Below the pieces are notes generated by a model. It saw only the letters and a list, made by a program, of their open reading frames with translations, had not been told where the DNA came from and ran no database searches. The position numbers and the translations under genes were made by a program. DNA of 62,993 nt, filler included, from Octopus bimaculoides (lineage: Eukaryota): assembly GCF_001194135.2 (NCBI RefSeq). It is 5 parts of 5 records of this genome, joined end to end, with 100 filler letters (N's around TTAATTAATTAA, not from the genome) between each part and the next. Parts side by side here need not be neighbours in the genome. Positions count along the whole stretch, not along the records: positions 9,016 to 28,238 come from NC_069005.1; positions 28,339 to 39,278 come from NC_068987.1; 3 more parts are not named here. One strand, 5' to 3'. The number at the start of each line of letters is the position of its first letter. Positions within the stretch are counted from its first letter, which is position 1. Shown piece by piece: positions 23,990-39,378 of the stretch.

Positions 23990-24205
23990 TGCAGATTTTT
24001 TATACTGCTCGACACGTATATGTATGTTTGTCTTTGTGCTTGTTTCGCATCGCTTGACAATCGGTATTGGTTTGATTACGTCCCCGTCAACAATGAATGC
24101 CAGAATTAAAGTAAGTACCAAGGTGGTCCATTTGATCGGACTAAACCTTTCAGGACGGTGTCCCAACATGGCTGCATTCAAATCACTGAAGCAAGTGAAA
24201 GAGTA
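23990..24205 (+). mobile_element. Degenerate SINE family A right arm
   Basis: catcgcttgacaatcggtattggtttgattacgtccccg...aacatggctgc motif. Confidence 0.65.
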
Positions 24206-24302
24206 CAGTCTGGAAAGTCAGTCAGGGCGGCCCTGGCGGGAACGTCTTCGACCATAGGTCAGCTGTTCATTTGCACTTTAACTGGCGCTCGCTAAATAAC
24301 GA

Positions 24303-24990
<688 letters not shown>

Positions 24991-25506
24991 ACCGTACCCT
25001 AGACATGGTCTCTAGTCCTGCTAAAAGACAGTCAAATCTCTTTCAAATTACTCTCTAACGACAAAGTAGGATACATTGGACAAAGTAGCCTCGAACTGAG
25101 AAGATCTATGCAGAAGCCTGTCGTAAATATACATACATACATACATACATACATACATACATACATACTAGGGATGTGCTGCCAAGGTAGGCAAAGTAGG
25201 CAAAATATGCACCTAATTCAATAAAATTATGAAGGTTAGTCTGATTACAATGCATAAAATGCAAAATGTTTTATCTTTTTGTAGATTAGGTAGGCGTAAT
25301 TCGCCCCTGCTTTTCAATCTCACTATTTAAGCTACGCATAGTACTGCTGTAGTACACGTGTTGCATACGTTTCTACAACACCGTTTTCTTTACGTGCTAT
25401 AAAGGTAGAAATAGATCTGCCTTCAACTCAGTCGCGCGCCTGTGTTTCGCGTTTTTTTTTGTTTTACTACATAAAGATCGCCCTGAGTAATTACTGACGG
25501 CATACA

Positions 25507-25537
<31 letters not shown>

Positions 25538-25585
25538 GCGCGCACACACACACACACACACACATACACATACACACGCATATAT

Positions 25586-25820
25586 AAAGGTGGCGAGCTG
25601 GCAGAAACGTTAGCACGCCGAGCGAAATGCTTAGCGGTATTTCGTCTGCCGCTACGTTCTGAGTTCAAATTCCGCCGAGGTCGACTTTGCCTTTCATCCT
25701 TTCGGGGTCGATTAAATAAGTATCAGTTACACACTGGGGTCGATATAATCGACTTAATCCGTTCGTCTGTCCTTGTTTGTCTCCTCTGTGTGTAGCCCCT
25801 TGTGGGTAGTAAAGAAATAA
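25586..25820 (+). mobile_element. SINE family B, subtype with LINE-like 3' tail
   Basis: Canonical B head followed by tgtccttgtttgtctcctctgtgtgtagccccttgtgggtagtaaagaaa. Confidence 0.9.
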
Positions 25821-25834
25821 CACACATATATAAA

Positions 25835-26517
25835 CCAGAAGGAGTTATCCTAAACCCAAAGCGATAAAACTCACAATGTGGAAGAGGCCATAACCACACA
25901 TAATATGGAAGAGTACTGGTGGAATGTTCCAGTGAAAACTTCAATGAAATGAAAAAATAATAGACCAGACATAGTGATCTGGGACAGGGATGTAATTTTA
26001 TGCGTAGGAGCGGAAATCTGTTGCCCAGTGGATGCCAACATAAAGTTAAAGATCAGCGGGAAAGAAAACATCTACACTGAACAATTGAGAAATTTGCAGC
26101 TACTCCACCCGGATCTCAAGTTCATATTTATACCCATAATTATGGGGGTATTAGTATCTGTAGCAAATCATCTTAGCACCAGTCTTGAGACATTAGAGTT
26201 CTCAAAACCAGAAAGGAAAAAGCTAATTAGAAGAATGCAGATACAAGCCATCAATGGAACTGTCAAGTTATGTAAAACTTTCCAAAATTTTAGCATTTAA
26301 GTCCACATGCACAAGTTTAGATATGCAAATATATGTATGAATATGCGTACATAAAACAAAACATACAAATTTGCACATGCCCTGACTCGAAATATTACAC
26401 ACGTACGCATAAACATGCACAAATATCCAGTAGTTTGAAGTTCCAGTGATAGAGCCTTGGATCTAGATTAGAAAACCGGTTTTTTTTCCATTGGCAAGAA
26501 ATCTGATAATGAAATTA
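25835..26517 (+). pseudogene. RLE-clade non-LTR retrotransposon 3' end
   Basis: EYWWNVPVKTSMK*KNNRPDIVIWDRDVILCVGAEICCPVDANIKLKISGKENIY...PIIMGVL...GTVKLCKTFQNFSI*, a PD-(D/E)xK-type RLE motif of R2/R4/NeSL/HERO-like elements. Confidence 0.85.
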
Positions 26518-26547
26518 ATATATAAAAACAAACAAAATAAGAACAGA

Positions 26548-26739
26548 AATGGGTTAAATATTCACTACAGCTGTTTTCGACGCATTTTTATTGATGAATA
26601 TAGTTCGATTACATCAAGAAGAAACCATTTTCGTCAGGGGATTTAAAATTTGGTTCGGAGAAAATTACCACAACTGTTCATCGAACTTATTCATTGGTAA
26701 AAATGCGTTTGAAACAGCTGTAGTAAACCTTTAACCCTT
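26548..26739. mobile_element. MITE with about 35-bp TIRs
   Basis: gggttaaatattcactacagctgttttcgacgcattttta ... taaaaatgcgtttgaaacagctgtagtaaacctttaaccc. Confidence 0.7.
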
Positions 26740-27063
26740 TTGTGTTCTTATTTCATGCAAACACAGTGCCTGGAACCTTCGCTATGTTGGATCTGGAACC
26801 TGCATTGGACCGTGAGCCTACATGCGTGTGTGCATGGGTATATATCTGTATGTATATGCGTGTACCTATGTGTGCGTGTATGTATATGTAGATGCATGGA
26901 TATGTTCGTATGCGCATTGTATGTACGGATGTATATGTATGTATGTATGGATGGATGGATGGGTGGATGGTTGGATGGATGGATGGATGTATATGTATCT
27001 ACATATATATATGTGCATGCGCGCGCGTGTATGGTCGTGCTAGTGTGTCTGATGTGTTTGAGG

Positions 27064-27104
<41 letters not shown>

Positions 27105-27362
27105 TGTGTGTGTGTGTGTGTGTGTGAATGTGTGTGTGTATGCTCACAGCTGGAATGGCTTTAACTAAAGATCAGTTCAAAGCGGGCCGAAGTCTAATCA
27201 ACAGAACAACAGCAACATACACACACAAACTCACGCACACACATGCACCCCCTCCTCTCACTGTCATCACTTTCACAATATCTTACCTTGTCACGTGGTC
27301 CGCCATCCTGGTATGTAATGGTTTTAGTTCCTCTCAGATGACACTTGCTATACACACATATG

Positions 27363-27394
<32 letters not shown>

Positions 27395-27819
27395 TGTATG
27401 TATGTATGTATGTATGTATATCAAGTCGTTAAGTTCTTTTTCGATATCGTATCCTTGTTTCACTTTGGATTACAAAATCGGTAGAGCGTCCAGACTTTCA
27501 AAACCTTGTGTTGGTATCCTATTTTACCTTCTCTCCCTCTTTTACGTCCACAGTTTCAAATTCATGGCAGAGAGCGGCCGACTCTGCCTTCCGTCAAACA
27601 TCCTCGTTCTTTTATCCTTTCTTGGATGCAGCAAAAAATCCAAGTACCAAACTTCTAAGAAGAGAGGGCTTAATTTACTATTTATAACCATTCATACATA
27701 ATACATACACATATAATATATATATGTATATGTGTGTGTGTGTAATTTCTCTAAATATAAAAATGAGGCTTCGTGCCAATAACAGAAATTATCATTATGG
27801 TCGCCGTCGTCGTAATAAT

Positions 27820-27962
27820 CGGAGTAGTATTTGTTTGCTAATATCACTTCATTAGTATCATCATCATCATCGTCATCATCATCGTCGTCATTATTATTAT
27901 TATTATTATTATTGTTGTTGTTGTTGTTGCTCTTGTTGTTGTTGTTGTTGTTATTATTATCA
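27820..27962. repeat. Compound (CAT)/(TAT)/(TGT) trinucleotide array
   Basis: Read directly. Confidence 0.9.
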
Positions 27963-28207
27963 AATATAAATCACAATATTGAAATTAATTGTTTACGTCT
28001 CTGCTCGGAGGAGAAAAGTGATAATGTCGGAACGTGCCGGAATGTTAAAGATTTCCAGTCGACAGCTGATAAAGGTAAAAAAAATGTCCCACAACGCTGA
28101 TGGGGTAGTGATGCAATCTTTATGTAATTATATAATATGCCTATATATTTATTTCACGCGAAGCTTCTATCCTCATAATCTGACGTACACGTTATGAACA
28201 AAACGTG

Positions 28208-28238
<31 letters not shown>

Positions 28239-28338
28239 NNNNNNNNNNNNNNNNNNNNNNNNNNNNNNNNNNNNNNNNNNNNTTAATTAATTAANNNNNN
28301 NNNNNNNNNNNNNNNNNNNNNNNNNNNNNNNNNNNNNN
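28239..28338. other. Assembly join spacer
   Basis: 44 N + TTAATTAATTAA + 44 N. Confidence 0.95.
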
Positions 28339-28559
28339 GTGTGTGTGTGTGTGACGTAGTGGAAGGAATTAGTAGCAGGAATAGTTAGGTAATGTAATGC
28401 AATATAAGGAGGTCTTATTTTAAGTTATATCATTATTATTTTTTTAAATATGTTTTCATTTTGTTTTATAATTTTTAATTTTATATTTCAAATTCTAGAT
28501 TTTGAATTTTAAATTTCAAATTTTAAATTTTAAATTTTCAGAGGTTTAGTTTACGTGTA

Positions 28560-29220
28560 TCTGATATTGTGAGGCGGAAAGAATTTTTCGTGCGATTATT
28601 TTTCACTCGTTTTGATCTATTTATTTCTTATTCATATATTTTTATGAGGAGGAAACCACTCTGTTTTAATTGAAGGAAGGCATTGAAGACATTTGTAAAT
28701 AAGAGATAAAATAATTTCTTTGCTTTTCGTATGAAATCGTAGTATTAACTTTGAATTATTGTATTGATTACGTTTTAGTGGATGATATATTGGCTTTTGA
28801 TTCTTTTAATCATTCAATTAGTTAACTCTGTAATTCTTAGTAGTTAATACTTCATTTTTTTTCATGAACTTATCTGTAGGTTGAGTGTCTATTTCCTTCT
28901 TGTTTTGTTTAGACGGTAATTGCAAATGTCGTTAACAAGTATTTATGTATTGTGAATTGTCATTTGAATCAATGCTGAAGTGGATTCATATATTTTATTG
29001 CTTTGATCGGCCTTGCATTCAGTGAATTTCTTTCTATCATAATTTATTTGCTTGAACGAGGTTTTTATATTTTTGTTTGTAGAACCCATTCATTCTAATA
29101 GTGAATTACTGGGGAAAGCCGAATTTGTGATTTCAAAAGGATTATCTTTCGTTTTGTTTTGAATTAATTAGGCTTGGAAACAACTTGTTGAGTTTTTATT
29201 GGAGATGTACCAGCTTGGTA
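28560..29220 (-). pseudogene. Heavily decayed Penelope-like GIY-YIG endonuclease relic
   Basis: Across frameshifts the minus strand gives SNKIYES / SIDSNDNSQYINTC (GIY...YIG equivalents), SKAN, and KTEWFPPHKKY in the order expected for a PLE endonuclease C-terminus. Confidence 0.45.
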
Positions 29221-29732
29221 TAAAGTAACGTCTACACTTCTATTTTTCCTTTCCTTATATTTTATTTATTGTACTAATATTGAATATATAGATCTTTATA
29301 TGTTCTTCGCCTTGGACTGAAGCGGCGGACTTGGATGTTTAACATCCCTTTGAAAGATTTAGGTCCTTCTTCTCTATATATATATGAATAGGTGCATGTT
29401 AGAATGCGTTCGTGGTTGTGTAGGAATGGGCGGACGTGTGGGGAATTACACTCCAGAACAGGGAATTCCAACACACACATCTTTCTATGTTTTACATATA
29501 CTCCCTTCCTCCATAGCCCATTGAATTTTGAAAATAGTTTTCAGACACTTCAGATTAATTTCTATTGTGGTGGGAAGACTATCATGATTCGTTTTCAACA
29601 AGTTTTGTATACAAAGATACTGTAAGAAACCAACGAAACTTTTAAACGCTTGTGGCAGAAGCAAACAGTAGTAAATAACAATATAAATTATAATCTATCT
29701 ATCTCTTTCACTCTTTCTTTCTTTCTCTCTCC

Positions 29733-29788
<56 letters not shown>

Positions 29789-30660
29789 NNNNNNNNNNNN
29801 NNNNNNNNNNNNNNNNNNNNNNNNNNNNNNNNNNNNNNNNNNNNNNNNNNNNNNNNNNNNNNNNNNNNNNNNNNNNNNNNNNNNNNNNNNNNNNNNNNNN
29901 NNNNNNNNNNNNNNNNNNNNNNNNNNNTATATATATATATATATATATACACGAAATAGATAGATACATACATACCTACATACATGCACACATACATACA
30001 ACATAGATACATATATACGTGCATGTATACCTAAATATATACACACACAGATCGTATGGAGAACAGGGTGACATAAAATTGGTGAAACATAATAGCAGTT
30101 AAGTGGCAACTGTTTGGAATAACGTATGTATATGAGACCCGATTAGTGTTGGTAATTACCATTCACAAATTTTGTATCGAATATGTTGTGTCATGTGACA
30201 CCTTCGAGATATTTTCCTACGCACGCGCACCTCCTGCTCCATCTTTCACCTTCTTCTCTGCCTCATCATTATCATCCCTATCGTGATTTTACCATCACAA
30301 GAGATTGTGTTGTAGTTTCTGTTTGTTGATTTTTTTTTCTTTCTTTGAGTTCATCTTCCACATTAAATGCAAATGTTCCATATTTCATGATTGAATGTAT
30401 TGATTAATCTAAGGTGGCTTTATTTTTGATGATGTGGTTGTATGCATGGGTGCATATGTGAGGCGTGTACATATGCATGTGTGTCCAAATATGTATACAT
30501 GTAGGTATATATACATATCTATATATGTAAATAAGCAACAAGGTAATACGCAAATCTATGTGACTATCTGCCTATCTCTCTGTCTATCAATATATGTCTA
30601 TCTACATCTCTATATGCGCATATACACACACACACACGCACACTCACACGCACACACACA

Positions 30661-30738
<78 letters not shown>

Positions 30739-30941
30739 NNNNNNNNNNNNNNNNNNNNNNNNNNNNNNNNNNNNNNNNNNNNNNNNNNNNNNNNNNNNNN
30801 NNNNNNNNNNNNNNNNNNNNNNNNNNNNNNNNNNNNNNNNNNNNNNNNNNNNNNNNNNNNNNNNNNNNNNNNNNNNNNNNNNNNNNNNNNNNNNNNNNNN
30901 NNNNNNNNNNNNNNNNNNNNNNNNNNNNNNNNNNNNNNNNN

Positions 30942-30999
<58 letters not shown>

Positions 31000-33039
31000 G
31001 GGTGGGGTGTAGGTATGTATGTATCTGTATGCATGTATGTATGTACATGTATGTGTGAATGTTTGTGTATGTACAAAAAATATTTGATGTTTTTTTGTAG
31101 GTGGAGAGATGTGCTTTTTATGCATATTTTGTCATTTGCGAAAGCTTCTGGCGAATATCTGATGTGTTATTGGAAAGTTAGGAATAAAAGAAATGACTTG
31201 GTTGTTTTTTAACCCCTATTGTAACTCTTATCGTTTTTTCTATTTGTCATTGATGTCGTTGTTGTTTGCCTTTCACAGCTAAAGAGACAGAGGAAGTAGT
31301 GGAAATAGAGTGACACAGAAAGAAATAGAGAGGGTGATTGAGAATAACGCTTCAATTATTAGTAAGTGCTCTTGTATGACAAACAGAAAGGAAGAAAGAA
31401 ATAAAGAAAGAAGGAACGAAGGAAGGAAAAAAGAAGGAAAGAAAGAAAGGTGGGAAGCAAGTAACTGCAATAGATGCCGATGATTTCGAGTTGAAAAAGA
31501 TATGAGCCTCACTGATTAATTTCAAAAACCTATTTGACTGAAGCTCCGGGTCACTGATTAATGAATTTAGGTAGGGAACTAAAGAAAAAATGCAACAAAA
31601 AAAAAAGGGCTTGCATCTCATTAATAGTTAATCAATCGTGAGTTACTTTGAGGACAGTAACATCCGCTGTGAAAGATCAAGCTTATCACTGAATCGATAA
31701 AATGGTTCAAAACGTAGCAAACATTTCGTCACTGATGAATCGATACCAAATGTGATTTCGATATACATAAACATATAAATACGCGTGTGTGTATTACTAA
31801 ATTTGTTGAACATGAACACGCACACACATTCACAACACACAGACACACATACACACATGGACACATACACACATGGCCACATACACACATGGACACATAC
31901 ACACATACAAACACATACACACATGAAAACACATGTAGATATATGCATATACACATACAGATATATATGTGTGTGTTTGTGCGTGTACTTATATACATAT
32001 ACAAATATGCACGTATTTGTATGTGTATGTGCGCGTGTGAGTGTGTGTGTGTGTGTGTGAGAGTGAGTATGTGCGTGTATGTCTACCTGAGTGCGAACGT
32101 GTTTATTTCTAACTCACTACATATTACATCATTTCAAATTTCGAAAAGGTAAAGATACAAACATGGATCTACAAAATTATACAGGTATACATGTATACCA
32201 ACATTCTTAAAAGCTTACATATATACATGTAAATATGTTATATATGTGAAGTGCGTGTAATTTTTGTTATAAAATGTTGCAAATTGTTACCGGGCTATGC
32301 GTCTGTGTGTGTAGGTGCGTGAGCTTGTGTGTGCGCGTGCGTTTTATGTTTATTTGCGTGCGTATGTTTGTAACGTTCATATATACACATAAGCTCTGCA
32401 GAACCGATGAAATGCTAGAGAATCTGAATATTTTCTGTCGAAAATTTTCGAATTCAAGTCCTGATGTTGCCGTGAATTCGAATCACACACTCGGACACAG
32501 ACATGCAAGCGCCCCACCCCCTCCGCAACACACACACATGCATGCACTCACTCCCGAGCCCACACAGTTGCATAACCTGACATACATACATATATACACA
32601 CTCTCTTGTACATACTTGCACGAACAGACACATACAGATAGATATACACATATAAAATTATATATGTATAGAAATATACATATATGCATATATAGACATT
32701 CATAGATATATATACACACACACAAACATGTATATATGTAGTATAGGTATGTATGTGTGTGTGTATGTGTGTGTGTGTGTGCGTGTGTGTGTGTATAAAT
32801 GTATGGATGGTTGGGAGGCTGTGTGTTTTGAAAATTAAAGTTTGAATTTGCATGGTTATTCTAATTGAATTTTTTTTTCCTTTCTAAATTGTTTGTTCCG
32901 TGACATAATTATGCAGCATGTCAAAATTTATAAATTTCTCATAAAAAGCTACCAGAACTTTTAATATTCTTCAAGCAATTTGTCTCTATGCAAATATTTC
33001 AGTTCCTTTAGTGCAACACAGGGATCAACAAATACAACT

Positions 33040-33400
33040 TCGAACTTATTCTTTATTCTTTTTCTTGTTTCAGTCATTTGACTGCGGCCATGCTGGAGCA
33101 CTACCTTTAGTCGAACAAATCGATCCCAGGATCGACTTATACTTTGCAAGCCTAGTACTCATTCTATCAGGATCTTTTGCCGAACCGCTACCTTACGGGG
33201 ACATAAACCCACCGACATCATTTGTCAAGCAATGGTAGAGAAACAAACACAGACACACACATATACGACGGGCTTCTCTCAGTTTCCATCTACAGAATCC
33301 ACCCACAAGGCTTTGGTTACCCTGAGGCTATAGTAAAAGACCCTTTCCCAAATTGCTACGTATGTGGTTGGGAAACAAGCTTCTTACCACACATCCACGC
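33040..33400 (-). mobile_element. SINE family A, near full length
   Basis: Reverse complement of 4157-4574. Confidence 0.85.
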
Positions 33401-33980
33401 CTGGATTCATCATTATTATCACAATCCGATTCCCTTTTTGCAATTCTCATTTTTAAAAGCAATTCAATTTTTTCCCCCATAAATAAGAGTCCATTTTCAG
33501 AATGGCAGCGAGATAGCAGAGTCACTAGACCGTCAGGTTAGATTACTTTGCTTATTTATTCGCTTCATTGCGCGCTAATTTTAAATACCTACACATTAAA
33601 ATTTCATTTTCAACCTTTCGTTATAGATACACTGCGGTTCGTTCTAATCTTCATTACTCTCTGTCCTCCTTTTCTCCCTTGAAAACCTTTGCAACATTTA
33701 AAGCAACAGAGACTGGGCGTGAGCCTCGTCTTCAAACTTCTCACATCGTTCTACCTAAAAGTTCATTAAAGTGTACCTAGTGCAAGACAATGCACTTACT
33801 CACTACACATATATATATGTGCATCATTCTTTTGGTCATATCAAATGTAGAACACAATGCATATGCGTATATACATACATACATTCATACATACATACAT
33901 ACATACATACATACATACATGCGTGCATGCATACATACATTCATGCATACATACATACATACATACATACATACATACAT

Positions 33981-34130
33981 AGTGTTTCCGTAAAATTCTG
34001 TTTTCTGCTAGGGAAAGCGGCCGAAACAGTTGCCATGCTTCAAACAGCTAACAAGGACGCTGCCATGAGCAAAACATAAGTTTACGAGTGGTTTCCACGC
34101 TTTAGAAATGGTCAATTGTCGCTTGAACAC
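33981..34130 (+). pseudogene. Mariner transposase N-terminal HTH fragment
   Basis: SVSVKFCFLLGKAAETVAMLQTANKDAAMSKT*VYEWFPRFRNGQLSLE matches the mariner IKFCxxLGKsaxET...vxEWfxRFkxG pattern. Confidence 0.8.
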
Positions 34131-34747
34131 CTTCATGATGCAGCATGACTGCAGTCTTACGTCTTAAATAATGTGGAGACACATAACATACAAATTCATA
34201 TAAGTATCTAAAAGTGCATGTGTCTGAGTGTGCGGCGCTGACTGCACATATTTGCAAACATTGCAAACCTACAAGCATATACAGACTTGCAAGATCTCAT
34301 ATATTCGTGCGTGCACATGTCTGTGGATATGTATTTGTGTGTGCATACGTACATGTATGCATATTGGTATATAGGTACACATATAATACACAGACATATA
34401 TGATAAACGCATAGAATATACATATATATATGTATATATATATATGTATATATATANNNNNNNNNNNNNNNNNNNNNNNNNNNNNNNNNNNNNNNNNNNN
34501 NNNNNNNNNNNNNNNNNNNNNNNNNNNNNNNNNNNNNNNNNNNNNNNNGTATTATCATCATCATTCATAAAAACTTAAGAACAAATACAAATGTATCCAC
34601 AAAATATAATTGCAAATGCCTTCAAGACGTCAATCTATTAGCGACAATTTAAATCTGATAAACTCCAAGGCGCACTGCAATTTACGGCTCACATACACTT
34701 GTTGCACTGAAGGTAGTTCACCTACGCAAAACAATATTTCACTATAT

Positions 34748-34784
<37 letters not shown>

Positions 34785-35132
34785 TACTATATTCATTTGT
34801 ACATAAGGAAATAGACTTTGATTGATTATAAGATTCGATTGGCTTTTAATGTCTGTGACATCTATAACTCAAAATGGATTAATCAATAATTTTGTGTTTG
34901 TTTCTAGCGTATGTAATATAATTATTTTCTAAAAATTGTACCGGTTCATCTATTGAAAGACACCCGCCGTCAGCTTTTTTAAGATGCTGCTCTGTCTAAT
35001 CTTTAATTTTGTTATATTTACACAATTAGAAATATGTACATATAAGAATACAAACATACATATATATACACACACACACGTACGTACCTATATGCATGTA
35101 TGTATGTATGCTTATATGTATGTATGTATAAA

Positions 35133-35207
<75 letters not shown>

Positions 35208-35282
35208 NNNNNNNNNNNNNNNNNNNNNNNNNNNNNNNNNNNNNNNNNNNNNNNNNNNNNNNNNNNNNNNNNNNNNNNNNNN

Positions 35283-35364
<82 letters not shown>

Positions 35365-35905
35365 CATACATACATACATACATACATACGTGTAAGATTA
35401 TTGTACTGTATTTATATGTATATACGCGCACGGACACACATAGACACATACGCACACATTTTATATATTGTGTATATTTACATACGGTGTAATAATATTA
35501 TAAATATACATACATATAGATATATATATTATATTATATTTTGTATATACATACACACACAAACACACACACAGATATGAAAAGTGCGTATCGGTAATTT
35601 TATTATGGTTCAATTTGCCTAGAGTAACGTTAAATGCATCAAAATATGTATGTATGAATGCAAGCTTATGACTTTCTTTGTATATGCGTATGTATATTTG
35701 AGCAATTGTTAGAGTGATTGTGGGTGCATGCCTACGCGTGTATGCGTGAGCGGTCTGTGAAGTTTTGCAAGTGTATAGTTATATTGTCACTAAATCTGCA
35801 TAACTTCTTATGCATTCGTACATGTATTTACTCTTGTTTACATATACGTATATGTATGTATATATATATATATATATATGTACGTGTGTAACACACATGT
35901 ACACA

Positions 35906-35995
<90 letters not shown>

Positions 35996-36399
35996 TGTAC
36001 ATATTTCTATAACTATAAGTACCATCATGTGTATATATCTACATACATACATACATACACACACACACGTATTTATCGTGAAATTTATTGGTTATACTTA
36101 TGATCATAAATACAAATATGCGCCATAGTTTTGCTTTTGTCAATGTTGGTATTTTGTGTTTGTTTTTGCCTTTGTATGATTGCTCGAGAATGATTTTATA
36201 TGCATCAGGAAAGGAATATAAATATGAATAGATAGGTGTGTCGTTACTGCTTGTATGAGTGTGTATGTGTATGGTTGTGTTTAAATGTGTTTGCGTATTT
36301 GTTCTTCCCGACTGAATGTGAGAATTTACCTGTTCATTAATTCAAATGAAATAACGTTAGAAACAGCTTAGATCATTCCACTTGAAGCGGAAACTGTGA

Positions 36400-36650
36400 A
36401 AATATTGTTACCTTCCTCCTTATCTGCAGTTATCACCACTTCCTCTTCAAATACCACAACCACCAGCACCACCACGACCACCACTATCACCACCTCCCAT
36501 ACTATCGTCTCGTCCTCCTCCTTCTTCTCTGCCAGGTTCTCCTCATCATCATCATCATTATCACCATCTATTTCGTCAGTACCCAAAACGAACTGTATCT
36601 CAATTGATATTTCTCTTTTGCTATTGTTTATTATTATTATTGTTAATATA

Positions 36651-36722
<72 letters not shown>

Positions 36723-36819
36723 GCTTCTACTACTACTACTGCACTTAATATTATTTACTATATTATCATTGTTGTAATTATTATATCTATTATTATTATT
36801 AATTTTATTATTATTATTA

Positions 36820-36858
<39 letters not shown>
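36400..36858. repeat. Compound (CAC)/(CAT)/(CTA)/(ATT) trinucleotide array
   Basis: Read directly. Confidence 0.9.
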
Positions 36859-36859
<1 letters not shown>

Positions 36860-37179
36860 ATACATTTCCATACTGTCTTTAGGGGCAAATATTACTGCTG
36901 TGTTTGCTACATTAAAAATTTGTTTCATTAGAAATGTAATTTATTAATTACTAAGATACAACCGTAAGCTGATTTTGTGATTTACCAAATTATGTTTAGT
37001 ATGGCAAAGTTCAGAGAGAAGTTCAAGAATGTTTTGTCTCGTGAAGATGGAAAGAAAAATATGAAACAAAAAGACAGAGGAAAATTTTTAAAAAGAACAA
37101 AAAAAAAAAACAATAGATGGTAAATAACGAAATTCCTGAAAGAATCTGCAATGTACCTTTTGACACGAGAAACTATTTA

Positions 37180-37325
37180 TTGATGGTGATGATGATGATG
37201 TTGATGATGACGACGACGACGACGACGACGTCGATGGTGGTGGTGGTAGTGGTGATGATGGTGGTGATGGTAGCGGTGATGGTGATGATGAAGATGATAT
37301 TGATATTGATGATGATGATGTTAAC
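37180..37325. repeat. Compound (GAT)/(GAC)/(GGT) array
   Basis: Read directly. Confidence 0.9.
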
Positions 37326-38968
37326 TATACTCTTGATGAATCTAAAGATGTCGCTGTTGTTCGCAACGAACATGCTTTTGATGAACATGGTGAGTTCTAT
37401 AATGAGACAACAACGATGATAAAGAACAGGAAGAGAACGTCGATGAGTAGGAGAAAGATGATATGTAGATTGTGATGCTAATGATGAAGAGACGCCAGTA
37501 GTTAATATGACATTTTATATTCTGAAATAAATCTCATGTCCATTTGCCTACCTTACTCTAACTACATTACATTGATCTTCGTTTCTGTAATACAAGCTCT
37601 TAGTCGACAAAAAAATTGTATTAAGTAATTAATCCCGCCACTTACTGATGCAGGAATGGCAAATTACAGTAGCCATTTCAGTTTAGTACTACTAATTAAA
37701 TGATCTAAGTTGCAAATACTATGAAGTTTCCTTCGCAAAGATACAGGTCCACGATGTTCTATTCAGCAGTGTAACCGATCATGACTAGTAAATTCCAAAA
37801 TAATCGTAATTTTCATGAGTGTGCAAAGACAGTTTTTAATATATGCATTTGCATTATTCTTTTTCATTGCTTACGGCTGAAAATCGTAGTTTAACTGGTC
37901 TTTGAAAATAACTTTTTCTCCACCCTTTCCCTTCCGGTCATTCAAATTCCGCGTGTGCATCGTTGGCAATTTTCTTTCTCTGTCTCCTCCCTTTTCTCTA
38001 AACGGTTTTTTGTTCTATGTGTGCCATAAATATCGCCATCCGTTTAGAGAAAAAATTTGTAGTTTGGAATCAGTAGTTCTTTGACTGCTATTTCTAAATT
38101 TTCAGTATGTTGGAGAAGCAGCTCAAGCTAATCCCTGTATATTTATGATTATTATACATATATATATATATATATATATANNNNNNNNNNNNNNNNNNNN
38201 NNNNNNNNNNNNNNNNNNNNNNNNNNNNNNNNNNNNNNNNNNNNNNNNNNNNNNNNNNNNNNNNNNNNNNNNNNNNNNNNNNNNNNNNNNNNNNNNNNNN
38301 NNNNNNNNNNNNNNNNNNNNNNNNNNNNNNNNNNNNNNNNNNNNNNNNNNNNNNNNNNNNNNNNNNNNNNNNNNNNNNNNNNNNNNNNNNNNNNNNNNNN
38401 NNNNNNNNNNNNNNNNNNNNNNNNNNNNNNNNNNNNNNNNNNNNNNNNNNNNNNNNNNNNNNNNNNNNNNNNNNNNNNNNNNNNNNNNNNNNNNNNNNNN
38501 NNNNNNNNNNNNNNNNNNNNNNNNNNNNNNNNNNNNNNNNNNNNNNNNNNNNNNNNNNNNNNNNNNNNNNNNNNNNNNNNNNNNNNNNNNNNNNNNNNNN
38601 NNNNNNNNNNNNNNNNNNNNNNNNNNNNNNNNNNNNNNNNNNNNNNNNNNNNNNNNNNNNNNATATATATATATATATATACATATTTGATCAAATTTCA
38701 AGTGTAAATGATAAGGTACTGGGTTAGGTCGAAAAGTAAAATGTGTATACAACAAAATTACCGAGGTACACACGGAAGTACACACAGAAAGATATTCAGA
38801 TAATGTCTTCTATAAACTGTATCGACTGAATGCATCAATAGCTGTGAAGCTAATCAAGAAACTCGCATTGTAATAAACGTTCGGTCCATTATATGCTTCG
38901 GTTCCACGCAAGGGGGAGGTTCTGAGACAGTTGAAAAATAAATTAATGAAAAAACAACAGATAGATAA

Positions 38969-39227
38969 TATGTCAATTTACTACAGCGATTTCCATGGAC
39001 TCTTTAATTGATTAATGGAGACAAAAACCGTTTTCATCAGGAGGAGAGATGAACCATAAGATTTAGGAATATTCAAAATCTAATGGAATGTACATCATCA
39101 TGATTCTATGACACTTGCTTGTCTTAAAATAAATTTGTTAGTTCAGTTTGTCTTGTTCATTTATTCACATGATGAAAACGGTCTTTTTGTGTTGATTCGT
39201 TGGAAACAGCTGTAGTGAATTGACACA
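38969..39227. mobile_element. MITE related to 26548-26739
   Basis: atgtcaatttactacagcgatttcca / tggaaacagctgtagtgaattgacac, plus inner inverted aaaaaccgttttcatca / tgatgaaaacggtctttt. Confidence 0.65.
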
Positions 39228-39244
39228 TTGTTCATTTGGTATTT

Positions 39245-39278
<34 letters not shown>

Positions 39279-39378
39279 NNNNNNNNNNNNNNNNNNNNNN
39301 NNNNNNNNNNNNNNNNNNNNNNTTAATTAATTAANNNNNNNNNNNNNNNNNNNNNNNNNNNNNNNNNNNNNNNNNNNN
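39279..39378. other. Assembly join spacer
   Basis: 44 N + TTAATTAATTAA + 44 N. Confidence 0.95.

Noticed and set aside
31725-31775. CTGATGA-atcga...tcgat hammerhead
   Set aside because: No GAAA follows the stem.
33500-33720. Two plus-strand exons around a 90-nt intron
   Set aside because: The splice sites look plausible but every phase combination gives an early stop.
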